From an uncultured Candidatus Rokubacteria bacterium (lineage in GTDB: Bacteria > Methylomirabilota > Methylomirabilia > Rokubacteriales > DASRDR01): a stretch of 64,000 nucleotides of DNA. The stretch is taken from NCBI GenBank assembly GCA_963805625.1, contig CAWDVE010000019.1, positions 384,001 to 448,000 on the forward strand, given 5' to 3'. Below the pieces are notes generated by a model. That model saw nothing but the letters and a program-made list of their open reading frames with translations, was not told the DNA's origin and did no database searches. Below, in pieces: positions 28,979 to 38,900 of the stretch; the first letter of the stretch is position 1; each line of letters opens with the position of its first letter. A program made the position numbers and the translations under genes.

Positions 28979-29943
28979 TCTGCCTCGAACCGGGGATACA
29001 CGTGGCTGCGCGCCCGCATCCGGAAGGCCTCCAGGTCGAGCCCCTGCTCGGGCCCGATGACGGTCATCCCCAGCTTCTTGAGCTCGTCCAGGAACTCAGC
29101 CTCTTGCCTCCTGGCGACCGCGTCGCCATGCCGCGACGCCTCGACGGCGGCCTGCTCGATCACCGCCCGCGCGCCGGGGGTCAGCGACTGGTAGACGCGC
29201 TCGTTGATGACGGCGGCGGCGAAGGCGTGGATGTGTCCGGTCAGGATTAGGTACTTCTGCACCTCGTGGTACTTCGAGGTGTATATGGTCGAGATCGTGT
29301 TGTCCTGCCCGTCCACGACGCCGGACCGGAGGCCCTGGTAGACCTCGGCGAAGTCCATTGGGCTAGGCCGGCCACCCAGACCCTCCACCGTCGCCATGAC
29401 GATCGGCGTGGGCACCGCCCTGATCTTGAGTCCCCGGAGGTCCTCCGGCCTCAGGACGCGCGTGCGGCTCGTGGTGAGATGGCGAACGCCGTGGTACTGA
29501 GCGTAGAGGATGCGCACGCCGCCTCGGTCGACGAGGCGTTTCCCGAGCTCCTGGCCGATCGGGCCTCCGAAGGTTCTCCGGAGGTGCTCGAGGTCACGGA
29601 AGACGTAGGGCGCATCGAAGACGGATAGCTCGGGGACGAGGTCCGCGAGCGTGCCGAACGGAGTTCCGCCGGAGATCTCGATGGAACCGATCTTGACCCC
29701 GGTCCACGCCTCGTTCATGCGGCCGAGCTGCGCGGACGGAAAGACCCTGATCTGCACCTCGCCACCGGTCCGGCTCTGTACCAGCTCGGCGAAGCGCGCC
29801 GCGGCCTCGTAGATCGGGTGCCCGGGGTTGTTGTTGTGGGCGAACTTCAGGATCACGGCTCCGTGGGCCCACCCGGGAAAGATCAGCGCCACGACGACTA
29901 AGGCCACGATCCAGCGCCGCATCGGGTTCATCGGGTTCTCCAA
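28933..29943 (-). CDS. dctP: TRAP substrate-binding protein
   Basis: Signal peptide, VFPSAQLG, DLRGLKIR, EVYQGL..GVVDGQDN. Confidence 0.95.
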   Translation of the reverse strand: MENPMNPMRRWIVALVVVALIFPGWAHGAVILKFAHNNNPGHPIYEAAARFAELVQSRTGGEVQIRVFPSAQLGRMNEAWTGVKIGSIEISGGTPFGTLADLVPELSVFDAPYVFRDLEHLRRTFGGPIGQELGKRLVDRGGVRILYAQYHGVRHLTTSRTRVLRPEDLRGLKIRAVPTPIVMATVEGLGGRPSPMDFAEVYQGLRSGVVDGQDNTISTIYTSKYHEVQKYLILTGHIHAFAAAVINERVYQSLTPGARAVIEQAAVEASRHGDAVARRQEAEFLDELKKLGMTVIGPEQGLDLEAFRMRARSHVYPRFEAEWTQTLLEQVQALGR

Positions 29944-29947
29944 CGCG

Positions 29948-31600
29948 TCAAGGGTTACTCGGAATCCCCTGCACGGAGTGACTCGAGGGCTCGCCGCGGG
30001 GGGCGGCCACCCGATGGAGGTGGAGGATCTTTCCCGCGCCCGTGACGACCGGCGGCCGCCGCTCGACGCGCAGCAACCCGGCCTGTCGCCAGGAGAGCGC
30101 CATCACGTGCTTGGCCTCCTCGCCGCGACCGAGCGCTTCCAGGAACACGTCGGCGATGGCGCGGTCGTCAGCGGGGCCGATGGCCGGATGTACGAGGAGC
30201 AGGAGCCGACTCCGACCGTTTTCCTGCTCCTCCTCCACGAGCTGGTAGTCGGCCGGACTTCCTCCGAATCGGGTCGGCAGCACCTCCTCCAGCACCCGGA
30301 TCGCGTCGACGTCGAGAAATGTCATCCCGCCGGCCGTCAGCTTCTCGAAGCTGCGGATCGTGTGCACGTGCGTCCGCCAGCCGTACTCCTCCAGTCGGCA
30401 GCCGCAGGCGCGGCGATCGAAGATCGCCTCGTCGCCCAGCGACACGTTCAGGAAGACCAGGGGGGCGCGCATCCGGAGCGACGTGATCAGGAGCGCGCGC
30501 GGGGACAAATCCGGCGACGTGGGGGCGTCACCCGGCTGGACGAAGGCGTGGAGGTCGTCAGTGAGGTGGCTGTCGTCCGCCTGGACGGGGGCCAGGCAGC
30601 CCAGGCTCAGCGCGCTCCCGGTCTCAGCGGCACCGTAGTGCGTGAACCCCTCGGCGCCGACCTCCCGGATGACGGCCAGGCGGGCAGCGGTGACGGGTTC
30701 GCCACCGAGGGTGAACTGCACACCGCGGAGGTCGATCCCCGCCTCGCGGGCGGCCTGGCAGACACGGACAGCGGAGCTGGTGAAGGTCTGGAGGAGAGGC
30801 ACCTCGCCCCTCCGCAGGATCGCGGTCATCCAGCGGAGGATGGGGGAGGAATCGTCGAGGGGAACGTGTCGCGGGTACGGGATGGGCCTCCCAGCCACGC
30901 GGCTGAGCGCGCACACGAGCCGCGCGCTCCACCGATACCGGGCGGGGATGCTTGGTGAGTCGGGATAGAGCTGTGAAAACCAGGCCGTCGGTAGCCGCCC
31001 GAATCCTGCGTACGTGAGGACCATGTTGAGGGCACCGCCACCCGGGACGGTCCAGTGCCCCTTGTGCCACGTCGCGCCGCCGCGGGCATGAACGACGAGG
31101 CACGTGTTGGTGGACTGCTCGCGGAGGAACGCGAGGTCGATCGGCACAGACATGCCGGGCCCCCGGCTACCGCCGCTCCGGACGAAGGCGTGCACCGCGG
31201 CGCGCGGGTTGCGGAGCTGCCCAGGGTGCACCGAGAACTGGTCGCTCCCTCGCACGACCGGTCGGCGCCCCTTGAACTCCTCGATGGTGAGGTAAACGCC
31301 CGCCCGGTAGAGATGGTGAAGCGCCCCCTCCAGCCCCTCCCGGCGCACCAGGTTTTCGAGATCCCCTCGCTCACAACCGGCGCGTTGGAGGAGGCGGAGG
31401 TAAGGGCTGCGTAGGTTACCGTAGACGGCGGCGCGCACGAGGGCGAGCCAGGCGGCGTCGCGGGTCTCTCGTCGGTGCCGCTGGGCCGCCGCGGACGCCT
31501 CGAACGTCAGTCGGTGGCGCAGGAACCCTGGTAGGGCCGAGGCCAGGCGCGCGGCGGCGCTGATGTTCTCGATCCACTCCGGGAAAGGCCACGTTCCCAT
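29948..31600 (-). CDS. Divergent PaaK-like adenylate-forming (ANL) enzyme, paralog 1
   Basis: RSGGSRG (A3-like), GGEP/YGAAETG (A5), LNVSLGD (A7), CGC, TGAGKI (A10 Lys). Confidence 0.7.
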   Translation of the reverse strand: MGTWPFPEWIENISAAARLASALPGFLRHRLTFEASAAAQRHRRETRDAAWLALVRAAVYGNLRSPYLRLLQRAGCERGDLENLVRREGLEGALHHLYRAGVYLTIEEFKGRRPVVRGSDQFSVHPGQLRNPRAAVHAFVRSGGSRGPGMSVPIDLAFLREQSTNTCLVVHARGGATWHKGHWTVPGGGALNMVLTYAGFGRLPTAWFSQLYPDSPSIPARYRWSARLVCALSRVAGRPIPYPRHVPLDDSSPILRWMTAILRRGEVPLLQTFTSSAVRVCQAAREAGIDLRGVQFTLGGEPVTAARLAVIREVGAEGFTHYGAAETGSALSLGCLAPVQADDSHLTDDLHAFVQPGDAPTSPDLSPRALLITSLRMRAPLVFLNVSLGDEAIFDRRACGCRLEEYGWRTHVHTIRSFEKLTAGGMTFLDVDAIRVLEEVLPTRFGGSPADYQLVEEEQENGRSRLLLLVHPAIGPADDRAIADVFLEALGRGEEAKHVMALSWRQAGLLRVERRPPVVTGAGKILHLHRVAAPRGEPSSHSVQGIPSNP

Positions 31601-31806
31601 CTCACCCGGCCGTTGTCTGCCCGACCCCGAGTCTCGGCACGTCGACCGCCGGCGTGGACGGGAGGCCGGACGCCGTCAGGCCGACGATTCTTCCTTCGAT
31701 GAGGCCGACTCGGCCGTACTCGTGGAAGACGCTTGACGGGTCCATGCCGTGGCCCCCCTCAACCGTGAGCCGCCGGATCCCCTGGACCGCCATGATGGAA
31801 TTCCGT

Positions 31807-31826
31807 CCGCAGTATATACGCTGCGG
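31807..31826. promoter_or_regulatory. Palindrome, possible GntR-type operator
   Basis: CCGCAG-TATATACG-CTGCGG with GTATATAC core in a divergent intergenic region. Confidence 0.4.
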
Positions 31827-32053
31827 CATTCTGTGGGACAACGCGGCTTGGTCCCCGCCGTTCGTCATCTGCAGGTTCCGCCCCGCTATGGTCTCGTGTG
31901 ACCTAGACTTGCTCGCCGTGTTCTGACCAGGGGCCACGGCAGGCGGCCGCGCGCCAAGTGGCCTTATCGCTCGCGCGCGGACTGGATCTCCGCCTTTCCG
32001 ACGACCGACAGCAGGATCGTCCGTGAGTGCAGGTCAGCGGAAAGGAGCCTCGA

Positions 32054-32572
32054 ATGGCCAGCGCAGGACGTCTCTCGGCCAATCCCGCCCCCGCAGTCTC
32101 CGCGCCCCCGCGTGTGGGCGATGCGTACCAGCCTCGGCCGGTTCGGTTCATCCGGCTGGAACGGAGAGGGAACTGGCGGGTGAAGGTCTACGGCATCGCC
32201 ACTCCCGGCCGGACGCCGCGGGCGGAGTTCGTGGCCGCCGCGGTGGACCTGGCCCCTGTCGCCCTTCCCGAGCCGGCGGTGAGCGACGAGCGCTACGGCG
32301 TGGGCATCGTGGTTGCGCACGACTCGGCGACGTGCTGCTTCGCGCTCCTCTACTGGTGGCAGTCGGCCAACGAGCTGCACCAGCGCGTCTACGCAGCCCC
32401 GCTCGACGACCCACGCGCGCTGACCAAGCTCCCGAACCCCGCAGCAGGCTGCGTGTGGGAGCTGAGCGTCATCGATTTCGAGCGGCGGGCCTGGATCGAA
32501 GACGTGCTGGCGAATCCAAACGGCCCCGACATCGATCGCTACCTGACCCGCCGGTTCAACGCCGACGTGTAG
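32054..32572 (+). CDS. Conserved hypothetical protein
   Basis: AAGGAG RBS; YQPRPVRF..WRVKVYGI..YWW..NELHQ..CVWEL..FERRAW; followed by a terminator. Confidence 0.8.
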   Translation: MASAGRLSANPAPAVSAPPRVGDAYQPRPVRFIRLERRGNWRVKVYGIATPGRTPRAEFVAAAVDLAPVALPEPAVSDERYGVGIVVAHDSATCCFALLYWWQSANELHQRVYAAPLDDPRALTKLPNPAAGCVWELSVIDFERRAWIEDVLANPNGPDIDRYLTRRFNADV

Positions 32573-32598
32573 GCCAGAGGCCGTCGAACGTTCGAGGA

Positions 32599-32622
32599 GG
32601 GAGCCTCGAGGCTCCCTTTCTT
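32599..32622 (+). terminator. Intrinsic terminator
   Basis: GGGAGCC-TCGA-GGCTCCC stem followed by TTTCTT. Confidence 0.6.
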
Positions 32623-32804
32623 ACGCGAAACGCGGGGCCGCGGCCCGGTTGTCGGGCGCCGCTTGCTGCCCTGCAGCCAGGCACCGCGCTCGCCACGAGC
32701 GCCTCTGGGTCCGCCGCTAGTTGGCCTGAAGGTTCTTGGCCTTCGGGCGCAGGATGCGCGCGACCGATGTCACCCGCGAGCGGTCAGGCCTGGGCTCCCC
32801 CCCA

Positions 32805-33644
32805 TCACCCACCCGACATGGAGCCGGAGACGAGACCGTGGGTCAAATGGCGGCGGAACACGTAGTAGAAGATGACCGGGGGGATGGAGTACACCGTCGA
32901 CACCGCCATCAGAAGGTTCCACGGGGCGTCGTCACCCGTCAAGAACGTCCCCATCGAGATTGGCAGGGTGAACATGTTCTCGCTCTGGAGGAACAGGACC
33001 GCGTAGAGGTACTCGTTCCAGGCGAAGAAGAAGGCGTAGGTGCCGACGGCGATCAGGGTCGGCAGGACGAGCGGCAAGTAGATCCGGTAGAAGATCGTGA
33101 ACACGCCGGCGCCGTCGATGGCGGCGGACTCGTCGATCTCGGGCGGGATGGTCTTCGAGTAGTCCCAGAGCACCCAGAGTGCATAGGGTGAGGCGAATGT
33201 GGTCATCGCCGCGATCAGAGCCCAGTAGGTGTCGAGCAGGTCGTAGTCGCCCATGATCTTGAAGAAGGGAATCGAGAGGAACGAGGCCGGGATGATATAG
33301 GTGAACAGCGTCATCCCGGAGACGAATCGTCCCCCACCGAATCGGATCCGGCCGAGGGCGAAGCTTCCGAGCGAGGCGACGCCCAGGACGATCACCATCG
33401 TCACCGCCGCCACCACGACGCTATTACCCATCCAGCGCCAGAAGAACTTCACGAACGGGCTTTCCTGGAAGACGATGTACTTGTACGATGCCAGCGTCGG
33501 GTTCCTGACGAAGTACTCTGGCCGGAAGAGCTCGGTCGTCGGCGTGAACGACAGCGTGAGCATGTAGTAGATGGGAAAGAGCGTCCACACCGTCACCGCG
33601 GTCAGAATGATCCACCGGCCCAGGCGGAGGACGATCGGGCTCAT
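32805..33644 (-). CDS. Carbohydrate ABC permease (MalG-like)
   Basis: IPPEIDESAAIDGA EAA loop, AWNEYLYA. Confidence 0.93.
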   Translation of the reverse strand: MSPIVLRLGRWIILTAVTVWTLFPIYYMLTLSFTPTTELFRPEYFVRNPTLASYKYIVFQESPFVKFFWRWMGNSVVVAAVTMVIVLGVASLGSFALGRIRFGGGRFVSGMTLFTYIIPASFLSIPFFKIMGDYDLLDTYWALIAAMTTFASPYALWVLWDYSKTIPPEIDESAAIDGAGVFTIFYRIYLPLVLPTLIAVGTYAFFFAWNEYLYAVLFLQSENMFTLPISMGTFLTGDDAPWNLLMAVSTVYSIPPVIFYYVFRRHLTHGLVSGSMSGG

Positions 33645-34516
33645 CGGATCTTCTTGATCAGGATGAAGATGAAGAGGAGCGTGACGGGCAGGGCGGTGGC
33701 GAACACTCCCATCCCCCAGTCGATCTTGCCCATCAGGAACGTGTAGCGGTAGGCGAGCGTCGCCAAGACGTGGGTCGAGTCTCCAGGGGCGCCGCCGGTG
33801 AGGAGCCACACGTTGGTGAAGTCGCCGAGGGTGAACACCATCGAGAGCAGCGAGCAGATGAGGTAGATGCCCTTCAACATCGGGAAGGTGATCGACGTGA
33901 ACCTCTGAAGACCGCCGGCTCCGTCGATCGAGGCGGCCTCGTACAGCTCCCGGGGGATCCCGCGCCGGGCCGCGAGGAGGATGACGGTCCAGAAGGGCAA
34001 GTATTTCCAGATGTGGAAGACGATCAGCGCGCTGATCGCCATCCACCGCGACGCCAGCCAGTGGACGGCTCCGAAGCCGAGGTCCTCCACGATGAGGTTC
34101 ATGATCCCCCACTGGGACGAGAGCATCCAGCGGATGGACAGGATGCCGGGCAGGACGGGGATCGCCCACGGGAGGAGGAAGATCGCCGAGATGAACCGCG
34201 TGCCGCGGTTGTCGGCCTGGAGGAGACCCGAGAGGAGGAGGGCGAGAAACATCTTCAGATTGACGGCGATGCCGACGTACACGACCGTGTTGACGACGGT
34301 TTGGACGAAGACCGGGTCCGAGAAGAGGACCTCGTAGGTGTACGGGTCCAAGGCCTGGGTGACCACGAAGTAGAGCGGGTAGACGACGAATGCCAGGAAG
34401 AGCGCGATGAGGGGCAGGGAGAACAGGTACCCGTAGAGGTTCCGGCGGTTCGGCGCGAGCGCTCCCCCCGCCGCCGAGACCGACCGGCTCCACAAGCCGG
34501 TGATCCCGTTCGCCAT
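33641..34516 (-). CDS. Carbohydrate ABC permease (MalF-like)
   Basis: LLPWAIP, IPRELYEAASIDGA, LTGGAPG. Confidence 0.93.
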   Translation of the reverse strand: MANGITGLWSRSVSAAGGALAPNRRNLYGYLFSLPLIALFLAFVVYPLYFVVTQALDPYTYEVLFSDPVFVQTVVNTVVYVGIAVNLKMFLALLLSGLLQADNRGTRFISAIFLLPWAIPVLPGILSIRWMLSSQWGIMNLIVEDLGFGAVHWLASRWMAISALIVFHIWKYLPFWTVILLAARRGIPRELYEAASIDGAGGLQRFTSITFPMLKGIYLICSLLSMVFTLGDFTNVWLLTGGAPGDSTHVLATLAYRYTFLMGKIDWGMGVFATALPVTLLFIFILIKKIR

Positions 34517-34630
34517 CCCCGCCCGCGCCGCCTCGTTAGCCACGCTCGCCTCCGGAAGAGGCCCGCGGCCGGGACGGGCTACAGCCCCGTCCCGGCCGGG
34601 CATACGGCGCAATGCTCTTGTCCGAGTGCC

Positions 34631-36043
34631 TTACCGCCACTGCGTGAAGATGGTCTTCATCCGGTTGATGGCCTCGTCGGCGGCGCGGTCGGCAGGCCAC
34701 TTGTCCACGTTGGTCCGGGACATCGCCTTGCCCCAAATGTTCTCCGCGTAGACCTGAGAGTTGGCCGGACTCTTCCAGTGGTCGAAGACCTTGACGTTCC
34801 GCTCCGTGTAGAGCTTGGTCGCGAGCGGGATGTGGTAGTCCACCGCGCCACCCTTCCCGGCCTGCCCCTTGGCGAAGAACGGGTCCTTCGCGACGTCGGT
34901 GAACGCCGGGAACCAGCGGCCGTTCGCGCCCTTGATGTACTCGGAGAAGCGGTTCGGCTCGAGCACGAAGCGGATGAACTCCTTGCCGAGGTCGGGAGCC
35001 TTGGCGTCCTTGGGGACGAGGATCGTCTTGACCGCGACCATGTAGCTCGCCTTGCCGCCCCCCGGGTTGTCGGGCCACTCCACGGTCGCCATGTTGTTGA
35101 AGTACTGCTCCGGGCCGTTGAAGAACCAATGGGCCGGGATGGAGAGCGACGGATTCGGCGTCATCACGATCGACTTCGAGTGGAAGTTCGCGTTGTTGTC
35201 GCCGTCCGCCCAGTTGATGGCATCGGGCGGGACGTAGCCCGAGTTGTACATTTCGCCGAACCAGGCCAGCGTCTTGACGATCGCCTCGCGGTTCTTGGGC
35301 TGGTCGGCGATGACCTTGCCGTCGTTGTCGAGGAGCTGGCCCCCGAACGAGAGGAGCGCCATCTCGAAGTTGTAGATCGTGTCCGATCCGCGGCTCGACT
35401 CGGTCATGCCGATGCCGAAGAGCTTGCCGTACTTCGCGGGGTCCTTCTTCCGGAGGGCGTCCTGCGCCTTCTTCCAGAAGTCCCAGTACTCCTCCCACTT
35501 GAGCGGGATCTTATCGGGCGCGTCCGGCATGCCCGCCTCCTTAAGGAGGTCTCGCCAGTAGTGGATGTGCATGATCTGGGCCTCGATCGGCACCCCGTAA
35601 TACGCCCGCTTCTTGGCCACGTTGTTCCAGCAGTACGCGACCTGGAGGAACTTCTCGTTGTAGCGCGGCCTGAGCTCCTCGATGACGTCGGTTGTCTCGG
35701 TCAGCTTGTCGGTCCAGGCGTTGTTGGGCATGATCTCCCAGTCGTTGTAGAAGCAGAAGGCGACGTCGGGGACGCGCCGCGCCTGGATGGCCGCGATGAT
35801 CTTCTTGAGCAGATCTTCCTGAATGGTGAAGGAGATGTCGACCTTGACCCCCTTCGCCTTCTCGAAGTCCTGGGCGATCTTGATCATCGCCTCGTCTTCT
35901 TCCTTGTAGTAGCCGCGGTTCCACCAGACCACCACGGTCTTGGCCTGGGCGCGCGACACCATCGGGAAGCCGACCGACCCGGACAGGGTCCCGGCGCCGG
36001 CGACAGCGGTGGTCTTGAGGAAATCTCGACGGGACTGCGCCAT
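34631..36043 (-). CDS. Tat-exported ABC sugar-binding protein
   Basis: SRRDFLK Tat motif; GGAGG RBS; SBP-like body. Confidence 0.9.
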   Translation of the reverse strand: MAQSRRDFLKTTAVAGAGTLSGSVGFPMVSRAQAKTVVVWWNRGYYKEEDEAMIKIAQDFEKAKGVKVDISFTIQEDLLKKIIAAIQARRVPDVAFCFYNDWEIMPNNAWTDKLTETTDVIEELRPRYNEKFLQVAYCWNNVAKKRAYYGVPIEAQIMHIHYWRDLLKEAGMPDAPDKIPLKWEEYWDFWKKAQDALRKKDPAKYGKLFGIGMTESSRGSDTIYNFEMALLSFGGQLLDNDGKVIADQPKNREAIVKTLAWFGEMYNSGYVPPDAINWADGDNNANFHSKSIVMTPNPSLSIPAHWFFNGPEQYFNNMATVEWPDNPGGGKASYMVAVKTILVPKDAKAPDLGKEFIRFVLEPNRFSEYIKGANGRWFPAFTDVAKDPFFAKGQAGKGGAVDYHIPLATKLYTERNVKVFDHWKSPANSQVYAENIWGKAMSRTNVDKWPADRAADEAINRMKTIFTQWR

Positions 36044-36304
36044 CTGGTGCCTCCTCCGTTCAGAGTTCGCTCGTGGGTCGGCCGGCCCCGGACATGCGGA
36101 CAGCCCGGAGTTGCCTCTCATATACTCCAAGCGGCCGCGGCTCGCAAGACCCGACGAGACGTCGATGGGCCGTGTTTCCGCGAGAGGGTGCGGCGCGATC
36201 TTCCGCGATCTTCCAAGGAAGACGGAGTGCCGTCCGCGGAGACCGGGGTCGGCGATCGCGTCTGGTCAGCCGAGGGCATCGCCGGCCTGGCGAACTGACA
36301 CCGA

Positions 36305-36700
36305 ATGGGGCTCGCGGAGTGGCGGACAGAGGCGAGGCGACTCAAGCGCGAGGTGTATGCCCTGTACCTCGCGTGCCAGGACCCTCGCGTCCCTTGGTAC
36401 GCAAAAGCCGTTGCGGCTGGGGTCGTGGCCTACGCTTTCAGCCCGATCGATCTGATCCCGGACTTCATCCCGGTCCTCGGGTACTTGGACGAGCTCGTTG
36501 TGCTCCCTCTTGGCGTGTTGCTCGTCCGCCGGATGATACCTGAGGCTGTCATGACGGAATGCCGCCTACGGGCCGAGGCCGCGTTCTCCCACGGAAAGCC
36601 GGTCAGCCGGGTGGGCGCGGCCATCGTCGTAGGGCTCTGGTTGATCCTGGCCGTCGTCGGCGTCGTCTTGGCGGGGAGGCTCCTTTGGCCGGCAAGCTGA
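36305..36700 (+). CDS. YkvA/DUF1232 membrane protein
   Basis: PRVPWYAK..YAFSPIDLIPDFIPVLGYLD. Confidence 0.92.
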   Translation: MGLAEWRTEARRLKREVYALYLACQDPRVPWYAKAVAAGVVAYAFSPIDLIPDFIPVLGYLDELVVLPLGVLLVRRMIPEAVMTECRLRAEAAFSHGKPVSRVGAAIVVGLWLILAVVGVVLAGRLLWPAS

Positions 36701-36794
36701 CGCACGACCCGAATCGCCATCACGGTCTGGCGAAGTCCCGGCGGGCCGTGCGAGAATCACCCGCTGGCACCCGCCGGCAGCGGGCGGAGCACGC

Positions 36795-37346
36795 ATGACG
36801 AACGGCTCGACGAGGAGCGAGGGGCGCGACGCGCCCGCTGGAGTGAATCACCGCGACGCGGGTGTCGCGGGGACGCTGGTTCTTCTCGGACTCGTGGTGG
36901 TCGGGCTGGCGCTTCAGGTCGAGCCCGGCGTGCAGACAGATCCGCTCGGACCGCGTATATTCCCCCTCGCCCTCGGCGCCGCCATCGCCCTGTGCGGGCT
37001 GCTGCTCGGCGTCTCCGCCCTGCTCGGTGACCGGTGGACGGCATCGGCCGCGATGTTCGTCGAGTCCGCCGACGACGACGCCAGCGAGGGCGAATTGCTC
37101 TCGCCATGGCGTCTCGTCGGGGCCATCGGCGCGACCGCGGCGTATCTCGTGGCCTTCGAGCGCCTGGGATACGTCCTTGCCACAGCGGGATACGTGGTGG
37201 CGATCCTGCTGCTGCAGCCTGGTGTCCGCGCGCGCGCGCTCCTGATGGCGCCCGTGCTCGTCACGGTGGCCCTCTACACCGCGTTTCGGTTCGGCCTGCT
37301 CATCCCGGTTCCGGACGGCATTCTCGAGCCGTGGTTGCCCTGGTGA
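36795..37346 (+). CDS. tctB: Tripartite tricarboxylate transporter TctB
   Basis: DPLGPRIFP, ERLGY, PVPDG. Confidence 0.85.
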   Translation: MTNGSTRSEGRDAPAGVNHRDAGVAGTLVLLGLVVVGLALQVEPGVQTDPLGPRIFPLALGAAIALCGLLLGVSALLGDRWTASAAMFVESADDDASEGELLSPWRLVGAIGATAAYLVAFERLGYVLATAGYVVAILLLQPGVRARALLMAPVLVTVALYTAFRFGLLIPVPDGILEPWLPW

Positions 37347-37356
37347 GCGCGAGCCG

Positions 37357-38871
37357 GTGAGCCTCCTCGACGGCCTGGCCGGCGGCTTCGCGAGCGCGCT
37401 GGAGGGGCCGCGCATCGTCGCCATGGTTGGCGGTGTCGCGTGGGGAATCATCGGCGGCGCCATTCCGGGGATCAGCGGCGCCGTCGCCATGGCTCTCGCG
37501 CTCCCGTTCAGCTTCGCCATGGACGCCACGACTGCGCTCGTGATGCTTGCCGGCGTGTGGGCCGGCGCGAACTACGGGGGCTCGATCCCGGCCATTCTGA
37601 TGCGGATCCCGGGCACGCCGGCATCCGCCGCATGCCTGATGGACGGATACGAGCTGACGCGGCAGGGCAAGGCGGCGAAGGCGCTCGGGGTCTCGCTCGT
37701 CTGCGGAACCATCGGGGGCCTGATCAGCATCGTCGTGCTGATCGCGATGGTCTTGCCGCTGGGAGAGGTGGTGCTGCAGTTCGGTTCGCCCGAGACGTTC
37801 GCCCTCGCGCTGTTCGCCCTCACCCTTCTCGCCGGGCTGGCCGAGGCGAGCTTCCTGAAGGGTCTCGCCTCGGGCTTCGTCGGCCTGCTCCTCACCACCG
37901 TCGGCCTCGACACGCTCACCGGCTCGCTGCGCTTCACGTTCGGCCGGACCGAGCTCATGACCGGAATCGACGTCGTGGCCGCGATGGTCGGCCTCTTCGC
38001 CATCACCGAGATGTTCTACCGGATCGCCCACCCGGGCGAGAGCGCGGTGGTCATGACCGATCGCGCACACACCGCGTTCCCGACGCTGCGGGAGCTGCGT
38101 GAGCTCTGGCCCGCGACTCTGATCGGCACGATCGTCGGGCTGATTGTCGGAGTCATGCCGGGCGCGGGGGCGACCGCCTCCTCGTTCGTCGCGTACAACG
38201 AGGCCCGCCGCTGGTCGAAGCGACCCGACCTGTTCGGGAAGGGCTCGATGGAAGGGGTGGCCGCGCCCGAGACGGCGAACAACGCGGTCCAGGGCGGGGA
38301 CCTCGTGCCGACCCTCGCGCTCGGGATTCCGGGCTCGAACTCGGCCGCGATCATGCTGGCGGCGCTGATCCTGCACGGGATCCAGCCCGGTCCCTTCTTG
38401 CTCTCGAAGCACCCGCAGCTCGTCTACACGCTGTTTGCCGGGCTGCTCATCGTCAACCTGCTCATGATCCCGGTGGGCCTGGTGATCCTGAGGCTGTGCC
38501 TTCTCGCGCTTCGCCTGGCGACGCCGGTACTCGTGTCGGCGGTCCTGGCCCTCTGCATCATCGGCACCTACGCCGCCGAGATCCACATCGTCAACCCGTG
38601 GACCGCGCTTGCCTTCGGGGTTCTGGGCTGCGGGATGCGGGCCTACGGGTTCTCGCCGGCGGCGATGGTCCTCGGCATGGTCCTCGGGGTCATGGCGGAG
38701 AGCGAGCTCCGACGGTCGCTGATCATCTCTCACGGGAGCTGGGGAATCTTCGTCACCCGACCGATCACGGCGACGCTGCTGTTTCTCACCGTGGCCGTGC
38801 TGGTGTACCCGCTGATCCTTGGCGCCCTGCGCCGCAGACGTGCGGGTCGCGCATCGGCCGTAACGGCTTAA
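37357..38871 (+). CDS. tctA: Tripartite tricarboxylate transporter TctA
   Basis: GAIPGIS, YGGSIPAIL..PGTP, PETANNA, LALGIPG. Confidence 0.95.
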   Translation: MSLLDGLAGGFASALEGPRIVAMVGGVAWGIIGGAIPGISGAVAMALALPFSFAMDATTALVMLAGVWAGANYGGSIPAILMRIPGTPASAACLMDGYELTRQGKAAKALGVSLVCGTIGGLISIVVLIAMVLPLGEVVLQFGSPETFALALFALTLLAGLAEASFLKGLASGFVGLLLTTVGLDTLTGSLRFTFGRTELMTGIDVVAAMVGLFAITEMFYRIAHPGESAVVMTDRAHTAFPTLRELRELWPATLIGTIVGLIVGVMPGAGATASSFVAYNEARRWSKRPDLFGKGSMEGVAAPETANNAVQGGDLVPTLALGIPGSNSAAIMLAALILHGIQPGPFLLSKHPQLVYTLFAGLLIVNLLMIPVGLVILRLCLLALRLATPVLVSAVLALCIIGTYAAEIHIVNPWTALAFGVLGCGMRAYGFSPAAMVLGMVLGVMAESELRRSLIISHGSWGIFVTRPITATLLFLTVAVLVYPLILGALRRRRAGRASAVTA

Positions 38872-38900
38872 TCCGACGACGAACAAAGGAGGCGAGGCAC

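Noticed and set aside
31602-31937. 111-aa ORF upstream of ligase paralog 1 (inner start MDPSSVFHEYG with G-rich RBS)
   Set aside because: No recognisable motif; could be a remnant or leader but unsupported
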